DNA of 64,000 bases from an uncultured Candidatus Rokubacteria bacterium (GTDB lineage Bacteria; Methylomirabilota; Methylomirabilia; Rokubacteriales; CSP1-6): contig CAVYTA010000005.1 in NCBI GenBank assembly GCA_963771355.1, positions 672,001-736,000 on the forward strand. The letters run 5' to 3'. The notes below the pieces were generated by a model. The model did not search any database. It saw only the letters and a list, made by a program, of their open reading frames with translations, and was not told where the DNA came from. Below are positions 45,184 through 54,644 of the stretch, one piece after another; within the stretch, counting starts at the first letter, position 1; every line of letters starts with the position of its first letter. Made by a program: the position numbers and the translations under genes.

Positions 45184-48100
45184 ATGTACATCGACCGTAG
45201 GCTCTGGGCGCTGACCGCGGGTGTCCGCGCGCGCATCGCCGCCGCCGTCCTGATCGGACTCCTCGCGGTGGTGGCGGGCATCGCGCGGCTGGCGCTGCTC
45301 GGCTGGCTGCTGGCCCAGGTCGCCACCGGCGCGGGGCCCGGCGCGCTCGTGCCGCTCATCCTGGCCACCGCCGCCATCACCGCGCTGCGCGGCTGGCTCG
45401 AGTACGTGCGCACCATGCTCGCCCACGAGACGGCGGCACGCGTGCAGGCGCGACTCCGCGGCCGGCTCTACGACCACCTGGTGGCGCTGGGGCCGGCTCA
45501 GGTCGCCCGCGGTCGCACCGGCGACGTGACGCTCTCGCTGGTCGAGGGCGTGCAGCAGCTCGAGGTGTACTTCGGCCAGTACCTGCCGCAGCTCTTCGTG
45601 TCCGGGCTGACGCCCCTGCTCATCTTCGGCGCGGTGGCCTTCCTCGATCTCCGCATCGCGCTGATCATGCTGGCCGCCGCGCTCTTCACGCTGATCGCCC
45701 CCGTCCTCTGGCACCGCCGCGATGCCGCCGGCAGCCTGGCGCGCTCGCGCGCCTATGCGGACCTGGGGGCCGAGCTGCTCGACGCCATCCAGGGGCTGGG
45801 CACGCTCAAGGCCTTCGGGCAGAGCCGTGCCTGGGGCGAGCGGCTCGCCACGAAGAGCCGCGCGCTCTTCGAGAGCACCATGTGGGTGCTCGGCACCAAT
45901 ACCCTGGCGCGCGGCATCACCGACGTGGGGCTGGCGGTGGGGGCGGCGGCGGCGCTGGCCTGGGGCGCCTATCGCGTCCGGGACGGCGAGCTGGGGCTGC
46001 CCGCCCTCCTCGTGGTCCTGATGCTGGGCGTGGAGGTGTTCCGCCCGCTGCGCGAGCTGCGCGCCCTGCTCCACCAAGGCATGCTGGGCCGGGCCGCCGC
46101 CGAGGGCGTCTTCGCGCTCCTCGCGGTGCGGCCGGAGGTGCCGGATACGGCGGCGAGCCCCAACGGCGCCGCGCGGCTCTCTCCGACGGTGGCGTTCGAC
46201 GCGGTCCGCTTTCGCTATCCGGGCGGGCGCCGTGCCGCGCTGGACGGGCTCACCTTCGAGGTGGCGGAGGGCGAGCGCGTGGGCATCGTGGGACCGAGCG
46301 GCGCGGGCAAGTCGACCCTGGTGCGCCTCCTGCTCCGCTTCCATGACCCGCAGGACGGCGCGGTGCGCCTCGGCGGGCGCGACCTCCGGACTCTCGCGCC
46401 CGACGAGGTGCGCGGCCACATCGCGGTGGTGAGCCAGGACACCTATCTCTTCCACGGCACCGTGGAGGACAATCTCCGCCTCGGCAAGCCCGGCGCCACG
46501 CGCCTGGAGCTGGAAGCGGCGGCGCGCGCGGCCAACGCCCACGAGTTCATTCGCCGCCTGCCTCAGGGCTACGCCACGCGCGTGGGCGAGCGCGCGGTCC
46601 GCCTCTCGGGGGGCCAGCGTCAGCGCATCGCCATCGCGCGGGCGCTCCTCCGCGACGCGCCCATCCTCGTGCTCGACGAGGCGCTCTCCTCGGTGGACGC
46701 GGAGAGCGAGGCTCTCGTGCAGGAGGCGCTCGATCGGCTCATGGCGGGCCGGACCACCCTGGTGATCGCGCACCGGCTCTCGAGCGTGATCGGCGCCGAC
46801 CGCATCCTGGTCCTCGACGAGGGGCGCGTGGTCGAGTCGGGCACCCATACCGGGCTGCTCGCCCGCGCCGGCGTCTACGCGCGGCTGATGGCGGGGCAGA
46901 TCGGCGTCGCCGGGCCGGCCCTGGATCGCCTCGTGATCGACGACGGCGCGGCCGCGCCCGACACCGTCCCGGCGCCGGAGGCCGCGCAGGCCGACGATCT
47001 CGTGCCCGCGGGCGCCTTGCCCTGGCCGCGGGCGCTGGCGGTGCTGCTCGGGCAGGCGCGGGGCGAGATGCCGCGGCTCAGCGCCGCCTTCGTGCTGGGC
47101 GTGGTCCGCGTGGCCGCGCTCATCGGCGTGGGCGTGCTGGGAGCGCTGGTGGTGGCGGCGGTGCGGCGCGGGGAGCCCTTCGGATATCTGGTCGTGGCGC
47201 TGGCGGTGGTGGCGCCGATGGCGGGGCTCCTGCACTGGGCGGAGTCCTGGATCGCCCACGATGCCGCGTATCGCCTGCTCGACCGGATGCGCATGGCGCT
47301 GTTCTGGAAGCTCGAGAGCCTGGCGCCCGCCTATCTCGTGCGCCGGCGCAGCGGCGATCTCGTCAGCGTGGCCACCCAGGACGTCGAGCTGGTCGAGTAC
47401 TTCTTCGCCCACACGGTCGCGCCGGCCCTGGTGGCGGTGCTGATCCCCGGCGCCATCGTCGTCGTCCTCGGCCTGCACGGTGCCCCGCTCGCCCTGGTGC
47501 TGCTGCCCTTCCTGGCGGCGGGGCTCGCCAGCCCCATCCTCGGCCGCGCCCGCATCGACCGGCTGGGCTCCGCCGCGCGCGAGGCGTCCGGCGCCATGAA
47601 CGCGCACGCGGTGGACTCGGTGCAGGGGCTCGCCGAGCTCCTCGCCTTCCAGGCCACGGCCGCGCGCGGCGCCGCCTTCACCGCGCTGGCGCGCCAGTAC
47701 GCGGAGGCGCGCCTGCCGCTCCTCCGCGACCTCGCGCGGCAGGCCTCGTGGCAGGAGATGGCCACCGGCGCGGGCGGGCTCGCCGTCATCTGGACCGGCG
47801 CCGCGCTGGCGGCGAGCGGGCGCCTCGACGCGGGCATCTTGCCGCTGCTCACGCTGCTCGCCATGTCCGCCTTCGTGCCGATCTGGGAGATCGCGCAGGT
47901 GGGGCGTCAGCTCGCCGACTCGCTGGGGGCGGCGCGCCGGCTCCACGCCATCCACGCGGAGCCCGTCCCGGTGCGCGACGGGGACGGCGTGAGTCTGCGC
48001 GCGGGCGGCGACGGGGCGCGGGCCCTTGGCGTCGAGCTCCTGGATGTCAGCTTCACCTATCCCGGGCGGGTCGAACCCGCGCTACGTGACGTCTCGCTGT

Positions 48101-48765
48101 CGGTACCCGCGGGGACCACGGCCGCCATCGTCGGGCCTTCCGGGGCAGGCAAGAGCACGCTGGCGGCGCTGCTCCTCCGCTTCTGGGATCCGGACCGCGG
48201 GGCGGTGCGGCTCGCCGGCGCCGATGCCCGCCGCTATCGGCTGGACGATCTGCGTGGCCGGGTGGCGCTGGTGGCCCAGGACACCTATCTCTTCCACCTC
48301 ACGCTCCGGGAGAATATTCTCCTCGCGCGTCCCGGCGCGAGCGAGGCCGAGATCGCCGCGGCGGTGGAGCGGGCGTCCCTCGGCGAGTTCGTGGCCGCGC
48401 TGCCGGAAGGGCTCGACACGGTGGTGGGCGAGCGCGGGACGCGGCTCTCGGGCGGGCAGCGCCAGCGCGTGGCCATCGGGCGAGCCTTCCTCAAGGACGC
48501 GCCCATCCTGATCCTGGACGAGGCCACCTCGCATCTCGACGTGGTCAACGAGCAGGCGGTGCACGAGGCGCTCGAGCGGCTGGCCCGCGACCGGACCACC
48601 CTCATCATCGCCCACCGGCTCTCCACGGTGCGGCGCGCCGACGAGATCATCGTGCTCGACGCCGGCCGCCTGGTGGAGGCGGGCCCGCACGCGGCACTGC
48701 TGGCGCGGGGCGGCCTCTACGCCCGCCTCGTCTCGCGCCAGCTCGCGGCCGCGCCGGCTGGGTAG
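45184..48765 (+). CDS. Single-chain ABC exporter TMD-NBD-TMD-NBD (CydD/CydC-like fused halves)
   Basis: Two TM domains (GQYLPQL; RRRSGDL...DVE), two NBDs (GPSGAGKS, LSGGQRQR, LDEA). Confidence 0.88.
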   Translation: MYIDRRLWALTAGVRARIAAAVLIGLLAVVAGIARLALLGWLLAQVATGAGPGALVPLILATAAITALRGWLEYVRTMLAHETAARVQARLRGRLYDHLVALGPAQVARGRTGDVTLSLVEGVQQLEVYFGQYLPQLFVSGLTPLLIFGAVAFLDLRIALIMLAAALFTLIAPVLWHRRDAAGSLARSRAYADLGAELLDAIQGLGTLKAFGQSRAWGERLATKSRALFESTMWVLGTNTLARGITDVGLAVGAAAALAWGAYRVRDGELGLPALLVVLMLGVEVFRPLRELRALLHQGMLGRAAAEGVFALLAVRPEVPDTAASPNGAARLSPTVAFDAVRFRYPGGRRAALDGLTFEVAEGERVGIVGPSGAGKSTLVRLLLRFHDPQDGAVRLGGRDLRTLAPDEVRGHIAVVSQDTYLFHGTVEDNLRLGKPGATRLELEAAARAANAHEFIRRLPQGYATRVGERAVRLSGGQRQRIAIARALLRDAPILVLDEALSSVDAESEALVQEALDRLMAGRTTLVIAHRLSSVIGADRILVLDEGRVVESGTHTGLLARAGVYARLMAGQIGVAGPALDRLVIDDGAAAPDTVPAPEAAQADDLVPAGALPWPRALAVLLGQARGEMPRLSAAFVLGVVRVAALIGVGVLGALVVAAVRRGEPFGYLVVALAVVAPMAGLLHWAESWIAHDAAYRLLDRMRMALFWKLESLAPAYLVRRRSGDLVSVATQDVELVEYFFAHTVAPALVAVLIPGAIVVVLGLHGAPLALVLLPFLAAGLASPILGRARIDRLGSAAREASGAMNAHAVDSVQGLAELLAFQATAARGAAFTALARQYAEARLPLLRDLARQASWQEMATGAGGLAVIWTGAALAASGRLDAGILPLLTLLAMSAFVPIWEIAQVGRQLADSLGAARRLHAIHAEPVPVRDGDGVSLRAGGDGARALGVELLDVSFTYPGRVEPALRDVSLSVPAGTTAAIVGPSGAGKSTLAALLLRFWDPDRGAVRLAGADARRYRLDDLRGRVALVAQDTYLFHLTLRENILLARPGASEAEIAAAVERASLGEFVAALPEGLDTVVGERGTRLSGGQRQRVAIGRAFLKDAPILILDEATSHLDVVNEQAVHEALERLARDRTTLIIAHRLSTVRRADEIIVLDAGRLVEAGPHAALLARGGLYARLVSRQLAAAPAG

Positions 48766-48785
48766 CTAGTCCGCGATCCCTACGC

Positions 48786-49370
48786 TCAGCGCGAGCGTTG
48801 CCCCTCCTGGGGGCCGTCCAGCTGCTTGCGCGCTTCGGGCAGCAGGGCGGCGCGGAAGTCCGACTCCGCGTACGGTCGGTTGGGCTCGAGGCCGGACGGA
48901 CAGGGGGCGATGGGCACGAAGGCGTCCGCGGTGCCGTCGGCACTGCGCAGCCACAGCGCCAGGCAGTACGCGCCGGGAACACGGAGCAGGGTCAACTCGT
49001 GGTCGCCCTTGGTGCGCCGGCTCCACTGCTCGGCGGCGGCTTCGCTCTCGGTGCTGCCGGCGGCGTGCGGGCCGCGACTCACCGAGGCGAACTTCAGCCC
49101 CTTGGGTGTCTGCGCCAGCTCGGCGGCGGCGATCGCGCGGCCCTTGCTGTCGATCAGGAGGCTACGCCAGCCGGTGAGCTTGGCGGCGGTGGCGATCGCC
49201 GTGCCCGCGACGAGCTGGTCGAGACCCAGGTTGAACACCCGGTGCGGCGCCGCCAGACCCTGGACCGCGGACAGCTCGGCGTCGACCAGGCCCGGTGCGA
49301 GATGTCGCTCCAGGCCTTCCCGGAGAAGCTTCTCCGTGCCGCGGGGTGCTGCCGTCACCTTGATGGGCAT
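48786..49370 (-). CDS. Conserved-looking hypothetical protein, partner of the papain-like protease
   Basis: GGGAGG RBS directly after the protease stop; globular composition (PHRVFNLGLDQL, TGWRSLL, LLRVPGAYCLALWL, VPIAPCP..LE..RPY). Confidence 0.75.
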   Translation of the reverse strand: MPIKVTAAPRGTEKLLREGLERHLAPGLVDAELSAVQGLAAPHRVFNLGLDQLVAGTAIATAAKLTGWRSLLIDSKGRAIAAAELAQTPKGLKFASVSRGPHAAGSTESEAAAEQWSRRTKGDHELTLLRVPGAYCLALWLRSADGTADAFVPIAPCPSGLEPNRPYAESDFRAALLPEARKQLDGPQEGQRSR

Positions 49371-49382
49371 GATCGGCCTCCC

Positions 49383-50012
49383 TCAGGCCTTCGTCCGGTA
49401 GGAGTGCGTCCACGAGCCGGAGCCCTGGTAGGCCGTCCGGAACGTGTCGTAGTCCCACACCGACGTGCCGTACCAGGGGTCCTCGATCTGGATGGTCCGC
49501 CCGCGCCGGAGGAGGTTCCAGGTGTAGCAGCTGACGACGTTGAAATGTCCACCGCCGCCCGACCAGCCGATGCGCACGCCGAGCGGGCGGCCGTTGTCGA
49601 GCTCGGTGCGCAGGTCGGTGAAGGTGGTCGTGGTGCCGGTAAAGCTGGCCAGGTGTCCCACCCGCGTGAGGACGGTGTTGAGCGTCCAGGGCTGGTTGCA
49701 GTTGCTCGAGGAAGGATTCGTGCAGCAATCACTGCGGCCCAGCTCTGCGTTGACCAGGCTGCACTGGGTCCACGTGCTGGCGGCGTTGTAGTAGTGGGCC
49801 ACGCTGGTAGCGGTGGCCGACCAGCACCACTGCGTCTGCTCCTGCGCCTGCATGGTGAAGCACAGGCACCGGCGCCTCGTCAGCCGGCGGATGAGGTCGA
49901 AGATCGAGACGACGCGCCGGGCGACCAGCGCCGTCTTCACGATGGGGCGTCTCGGTCTCGCCGGGCGTCGCGAGCGCCGGGAGGATCGGCGAGCCGATCG
50001 GTGAGTCGCCAT
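49383..50012 (-). CDS. Papain-like cysteine protease family protein (C39-like/C70-type fold) with an Arg-rich N-terminus
   Basis: QEQTQWCWSA (oxyanion Gln and catalytic Cys), GRPLGVRIGWSGGGGHF (His), EDPWYG (Asp). GGAGGT RBS before ATG 50012. Confidence 0.82.
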   Translation of the reverse strand: MATHRSARRSSRRSRRPARPRRPIVKTALVARRVVSIFDLIRRLTRRRCLCFTMQAQEQTQWCWSATATSVAHYYNAASTWTQCSLVNAELGRSDCCTNPSSSNCNQPWTLNTVLTRVGHLASFTGTTTTFTDLRTELDNGRPLGVRIGWSGGGGHFNVVSCYTWNLLRRGRTIQIEDPWYGTSVWDYDTFRTAYQGSGSWTHSYRTKA

Positions 50013-50038
50013 TCGTCACCTCCGGGGTGTTGCCGTCG

Positions 50039-50068
50039 ATGCTGCACCCGCAGCATGGGCGCAGTCAA
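50039..50068 (-). promoter_or_regulatory. Putative promoter with an overlapping inverted repeat, for the protease module
   Basis: Minus strand TTGACT, 18 nt, CAGCAT. IR ATGCTGC-N4-GCAGCAT at 50039-50056. Confidence 0.45.
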
Positions 50069-50084
50069 GGAGCGCAGCGTAGAT

Positions 50085-51140
50085 CTAGACGATGATCTCC
50101 CAGCCGCTCTGGTAGCGATCAAGCTCCTTGGTGGTATAGGCGTCCATCGGGTGCTCGCGCTCGGGGATGTCGACGTGCTTGTCCTCGCCACAGAGCGCGG
50201 TGGTGAAGTAGCGCTGGCCGGTGTCGTTGATCACGGTGACGATGGAGGGCAGCTCGGGGTGGGCCCGGGCCAGCTTGAGCGCGGCGGCCACGTTGCAGCC
50301 GCTGGAGATGCCGCAGAAGATGCCTTCCTCGGCGGACAGGCGGCGCGCCGTCGCCACGCTCTCCTCGGTGGTGGTGGTGATGACCCCGGTGAGCTGGGAG
50401 ACGTCGAGGTTGCGCGGCACGAAGCCGTCGCCGATGCCCTCGATACCGTGATGCCCCCACTCGCGCCGGGCCAGGAGCGCGCACTCCGCGGGCTCGACGG
50501 CGTAGAGGCGCACGGCGGGGTCCTGCTGGCGGAGATACCGACCCACTCCCGTGAGTAGCCCCCCCGAGCCTTGCGAGTCGACGAAGGCGCCGACGCCGCC
50601 GCGGCGCCCGCCCATCTGCTCCCAGATCTCGGGTCCGGTGGAAAGCGTATGGGTCTCGACATTGTCGGGGTTGTCGAACTGGCCGGGCACCCAGTAGGTG
50701 CCGGGCTCGGCGTCCCGGATCTCGCGCAGCCGCTCCAGCGCCAGATCCACGTCGCTCTCTCCGCCCGGGGTGAAGACGAGGGCGGCGCCATAGGCCCGCA
50801 TGATCTTCTTCCGCTCCTCGCTCATGCCCTCGGGCATGACGATGGTGCAGGGATAGCCCTTGACCGCGGACACCCAGGCGCAGGCGATGCCGGCATTGCC
50901 GGTGGAGCACTCCAGCACCCGCATGCCCGCCTTGAGCTCGCCGCGGGCCTCGGCGCGCTCGAACATGTGGAGGTAGATGCGGTCCTTCAGGCTCCCGGTG
51001 GCGCCGTACCACTCGACCTTCACGTAGATGGCGGGCTTCGCGCCGCTCGTCACGCGGTTCAGGCGGACGAGCGGCGTGTTGCCGACCGCGGCTGCGATGG
51101 ACGGCAATGCCGCCGCGTAGCGGGACCAGACCGGGGTCAA
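50085..51140 (-). CDS. PLP-dependent cysteine synthase family protein
   Basis: VGNTPLVRL, TGSLKDR (PLP Lys), STGNAG, QFDNPDN, TGPEIW, HGIEGIG, GISSG. Confidence 0.88.
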   Translation of the reverse strand: MTPVWSRYAAALPSIAAAVGNTPLVRLNRVTSGAKPAIYVKVEWYGATGSLKDRIYLHMFERAEARGELKAGMRVLECSTGNAGIACAWVSAVKGYPCTIVMPEGMSEERKKIMRAYGAALVFTPGGESDVDLALERLREIRDAEPGTYWVPGQFDNPDNVETHTLSTGPEIWEQMGGRRGGVGAFVDSQGSGGLLTGVGRYLRQQDPAVRLYAVEPAECALLARREWGHHGIEGIGDGFVPRNLDVSQLTGVITTTTEESVATARRLSAEEGIFCGISSGCNVAAALKLARAHPELPSIVTVINDTGQRYFTTALCGEDKHVDIPEREHPMDAYTTKELDRYQSGWEIIV

Positions 51141-51141
51141 G

Positions 51142-51924
51142 TTATTTGCCGAACCAGTCGCGCAGCGGCTTCACGATCGCGCCCGCCTTCACGAGGCCCT
51201 CGCGCACCGCGGCCACGATCTTCTCCGAGCCCGGGCTGTCGCCGTGGATGCAGATGGTCTGGATCTTGGCGTCGATGAGCTTGCCGCTGATGGTGCGAAC
51301 CTTGCCCTCCATCACCATGCGCACGGCCTGCTCGGCGGCCTTCGCGGGATCCGAGACGAGGGCGTCCTTGCCCAGCTTGCGCGAGACGAGCTGGCCGTCG
51401 TCGGCATAGACCCGGTCGGCGAAGCCCTCCGCGGCCACCTTCACGCCGGGCACCTTGCGCGCCTCGGCGTCGTACTTGGTCATGGCCATGGTCATGAGGA
51501 TGAGGCTCGGATCCAGCTCCTTGACGCCTTCCGCGGTGGCGCGCCCGAGCGGGAGGTTCTCCTCGAACATGTGGTACTGGATGCCGTGGGGCTTCACGTG
51601 CTGAAGCGTGGTGCCCGCGGCCTTCGCGAAGGCCCACAGCGCGCCGATCTGGTAGCGGTGGATCTCCTTCAGCTCCTGCGGAGAGACGTCCATGCGCCGG
51701 CGCCCGAAGCCCATGAGGTCGGGGAGCCCCGGATGCGCGCCCACCGCGACGCCGTGCTGAAGGGCCAGCTCCACCGTCTTCGCCATCACGTGGGGCTCAC
51801 CGCCGTGGAAGCCGCAGGCGATGTTCGCCGAGGTAATGTTCGGCATGATCTCGTCGTCGGCTCCCAGCGTCCAGCGGCCGTAGCTCTCGCCCATGTCGCA
51901 GTTGATGTCGATATAGGTGCTCAT
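51142..51924 (-). CDS. pxpA: 5-oxoprolinase subunit A (LamB/YcsF family)
   Basis: IDINCDMGES, SANIACGFH, GAHPG.PD..GFGRR, HVKPHG, EGFADR.Y, TICIHGD. ATGA overlap with the upstream gene. Confidence 0.88.
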   Translation of the reverse strand: MSTYIDINCDMGESYGRWTLGADDEIMPNITSANIACGFHGGEPHVMAKTVELALQHGVAVGAHPGLPDLMGFGRRRMDVSPQELKEIHRYQIGALWAFAKAAGTTLQHVKPHGIQYHMFEENLPLGRATAEGVKELDPSLILMTMAMTKYDAEARKVPGVKVAAEGFADRVYADDGQLVSRKLGKDALVSDPAKAAEQAVRMVMEGKVRTISGKLIDAKIQTICIHGDSPGSEKIVAAVREGLVKAGAIVKPLRDWFGK

Positions 51925-52857
51925 AGTCTCGGCAAGACCTCCTTGGCGATCCGCTCCACCTGCTCCGGCTGATAGCGGTAGGGGATCAGGATGATGCGAT
52001 TGACGCCGGTCTGCACGTGCGCGCGCAGCTGGTCCACGCACTCGGCGGCGCTGCCGTGAATGGCATGCTCGATGGTGGACTCGCTCCAGGCGGCGGTGTC
52101 CCACTCGGTGGACAGCCACTGCCGCATGTCCGCCGCGGTCTGCTGCCGCGACTCGCCCACATAGATTGCCAGCTGGTTCGTGGAGCGTGAGCTGCGCGGG
52201 GTCGCGCCCGGCCTCGCGGGCGAAGGCCTTCACCTTCTCCCAGCCCTTGGTGAAGCTCTCCGGCGTGTAGAAGTAGGTGAGCCACCCGTCGCCCACCGTG
52301 CCCGCCCGCTTGAGCACCGCCTCGACGTAGCCGCCGATGAGAATGGGCGGGCGCGGCCGCTGCACCGTGCGCGGCACCATCACCGCCTCGCGGAGGTTGA
52401 ACTCGTCCACCTTCAGGGTGACGCGGTCCTCCGTCCAGAGGCGCATGAGGATGTCGAGGTTGCGCTCGAATTGCCGGCCACGCTGCTTGAACGGCACGCC
52501 CACCGCGTCGAACTCGCGCGCATACCAGCCCGCCGCCACGCCGAGGATGAGGCGCCCGCCCGAGATCACGTCGAGGCTGCCCAGCGCCTTGGCCGCCACC
52601 ACCGGGTTGCGCAGCGGAAGGACGAGGACGCCGGTGCCCAGGCGGATCTTCCGCGTCCGGGCGGCGATGGCGCCCAGCATGGTGATGGAATCCACGATGG
52701 GGAAGGAGGGCTCGACGCCGAGCAGCACGTGGTCCCAGGCCCAGAGCGACTCGAAGCCGAGGGCTTCACCACGTTCTGCATACGCGTAGAGGCCGGGGAT
52801 GTCGGGCACCTCGCCGGGGCCCACGAAGTTCCGGATGGCGAGGCCGAAGTCGGTCAT
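51921..52857 (-). pseudogene. LLM-class flavin-dependent oxidoreductase with a +1 frameshift near 52186
   Basis: GFESLWAWDH, IRLGTGV, ISGGRLILGVAAG, PPILIGG. The LLM-like C-terminus (STNQLAIYVG...HGSAAECVDQLRAH...IAKEVLPRL) is in another frame ending at 51921. Confidence 0.82.
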
Positions 52858-52872
52858 GGTGTCGGGCGTCTC

Positions 52873-53649
52873 CTAGCCGATGAACTGCCGGTCGGGATCG
52901 AGGGCACGGAGGATCTGGAGCTCCTTCTCGCTGGGGGCGGGTGCGGTGGCCACCTCGTCGGCGACGAGAAGGTCGAAGGGCGTGTGATCGCGCACCTGCT
53001 CCACCGTGATTCCAGGATACACCGCCTCCAGGCGCATGCGCCGGGAGGTCGGCTCGAAGCCGAAGAGGCCCAGGGTGGTCACCACGCGCGATACCCCGCC
53101 GAAGAGCAGGCCGGCGCGCTCGCGCGAGTCGCCGCCGCTGAGGTGGCCGGGGCTGGTGATGAAGTCCACCTTGGGAATGAAGCGGCGCTTCTCGTGCACG
53201 GTGAGGATGATCACCCGCTGGCAGAGCGAGATGATGTCGTTGGCGCCGCCGGAGCCGGGCAGGCGGACCTTGGGCCGATCGTAGTCGCCGATGGCGGTGG
53301 TGTTGAGGTTGCCGTACTGGTCGATCTGCGCCCCGCCGATGAAGCCCACGTCGAGGAAGCCGCGCTGAGCGATGAGGAACGCATCGGTGATCCCGGGCAG
53401 CATCTGCGCGTGATAGGCGGCCCGCATCTCGTTGGTGGAGATGGGGAGCCAGCCGGGCCGCCACTGGGGCCCGATGATGCCGCCCTCGATGACCATGGTG
53501 AGGCGCGGGGCGTGCAGCCGCTGGGCCAGCACCGACGCCATCATGGGCGCGCCCACGCCGGTGAACACGGTCTGATGGTCGCGAAGCTCGCGCGAGCCCA
53601 TGACCGCCAGCAGCTCATTCGCGGTGACTTCCCGGGCCGTCTCCGTCAC
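52873..53649 (-). CDS. CoA-transferase family I beta subunit (glutaconate CoA-transferase GctB-like)
   Basis: VFTGVG.P, MVIEGG (catalytic Glu), GGAQIDQYGNLN, RLPGSGGA, VDFITSPG. GTGA overlap. Confidence 0.88.
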   Translation of the reverse strand: MTETAREVTANELLAVMGSRELRDHQTVFTGVGAPMMASVLAQRLHAPRLTMVIEGGIIGPQWRPGWLPISTNEMRAAYHAQMLPGITDAFLIAQRGFLDVGFIGGAQIDQYGNLNTTAIGDYDRPKVRLPGSGGANDIISLCQRVIILTVHEKRRFIPKVDFITSPGHLSGGDSRERAGLLFGGVSRVVTTLGLFGFEPTSRRMRLEAVYPGITVEQVRDHTPFDLLVADEVATAPAPSEKELQILRALDPDRQFIG

Positions 53650-54608
53650 GAGCAGAGCTCCCGGCCGCGCCGCTCGGCATCCGCGCGCATGGCGTCGGGG
53701 AACAGCGCCAGGTAGTCGGTGTGCCGATCCGGCGCGTACACGTAGCGCTCGAGGTACCGTTCCACCCCGGCGGCGCCGTGGGCCTGGATGCCGGCGACGT
53801 ACTCGCCGAAATGGCCGGGCTCGGAGTCGTAGAGGCCGTAGCACTCGTGCGGGTAGGAGCCCCAGGGCACGTGCGCGAGGGCGTCCACTGCGAAGCCGGG
53901 GATGACGGTGCGGTCGGGATGGCGGCGGATCTCCTCCTCGGGCACGATCTCTTCCGCCGTCACCAGCACGGTGGCGGCGGCGAAGGCGATGTCCGCGTCC
54001 ATGTGCGGATAGCCGTCGATCTGGCAGTTGCCGAAACGGTCGGCGCGCTGCACGTGGAGCAGCGCCACGTCGGGGTAGAGCGCGGGCACCGCGTGGAGCG
54101 TGGCGCCGGTGTACGGGCACTCCACCGTCTTGGATCCGCCCACGCCCATGAGGTCCGAGCCCAGCATGGTGAGGGTGGGCAGGAAGGGCAGGCCCATGGC
54201 GGCGGCGCGGAAGCGCAGGCCCAGGCCGAGGTGGCTCCACTCCTCGATGGGGACGCGGCCCGACTCCACGTACTCGCGCATGATGCGCGAGAGCCCCCAG
54301 GGAAGGCCGATACCCATCCAGGCGGTGATGACCTTGTCCGCCGCCCCCGCCACCATGCACCACTCGCCCTCGTAGCACATGAGGTTGCGCGCGATGGTGA
54401 GGCCCCGCGGCCGCCGGCGGAGGACGGCGCGGATCAGCGCCAGCGGCGTGCGGCTGTAGAGGATGCCGCCGAAGGCCACGATGGCGCCGTCGGGAACCCG
54501 GGCGGCGGCGTCCTCGAGCGAGACGAGCTTCTCGCCGGCGCTCTTCGGCTTGGCTTCGAGTCGGCGGCGGGCGACGCGGAAGTCGTAGTCGCGGGGGGAG
54601 ATGGTCAC
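53646..54608 (-). CDS. CoA-transferase alpha subunit (GctA-like)
   Basis: VPDGAIVAFGG...R.P, EEWSH, AAAMGLPFLP, PDVALLHVQRADRFGN, TAEEIV. Start chosen as GTG 54608. Confidence 0.88.
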   Translation of the reverse strand: MTISPRDYDFRVARRRLEAKPKSAGEKLVSLEDAAARVPDGAIVAFGGILYSRTPLALIRAVLRRRPRGLTIARNLMCYEGEWCMVAGAADKVITAWMGIGLPWGLSRIMREYVESGRVPIEEWSHLGLGLRFRAAAMGLPFLPTLTMLGSDLMGVGGSKTVECPYTGATLHAVPALYPDVALLHVQRADRFGNCQIDGYPHMDADIAFAAATVLVTAEEIVPEEEIRRHPDRTVIPGFAVDALAHVPWGSYPHECYGLYDSEPGHFGEYVAGIQAHGAAGVERYLERYVYAPDRHTDYLALFPDAMRADAERRGRELCS

Positions 54609-54614
54609 GGGCGT

Positions 54615-54644
54615 ATTCTCGTGGGCGCCACGCAGGAAAGTCAA
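54615..54644 (-). promoter_or_regulatory. sigma70 promoter, probably leaderless, for the CoA-transferase operon
   Basis: Minus strand TTGACT, 18 nt, GAGAAT; GTG 54608 follows after 6 nt. Confidence 0.5.

Noticed and set aside
45118..47955. 945-aa minus-strand ORF, and similar ones (12888-15350, 7253-9316, 41996-43984)
   Set aside because: Antisense shadows of well-supported genes.
51142..52857. 571-aa LLM-LamB/PxpA fusion in the ORF track
   Set aside because: The junction reads as out-of-frame junk. The real LLM C-terminus is in another frame and ends with an ATGA overlap at the pxpA start, so this is a frameshift artefact.
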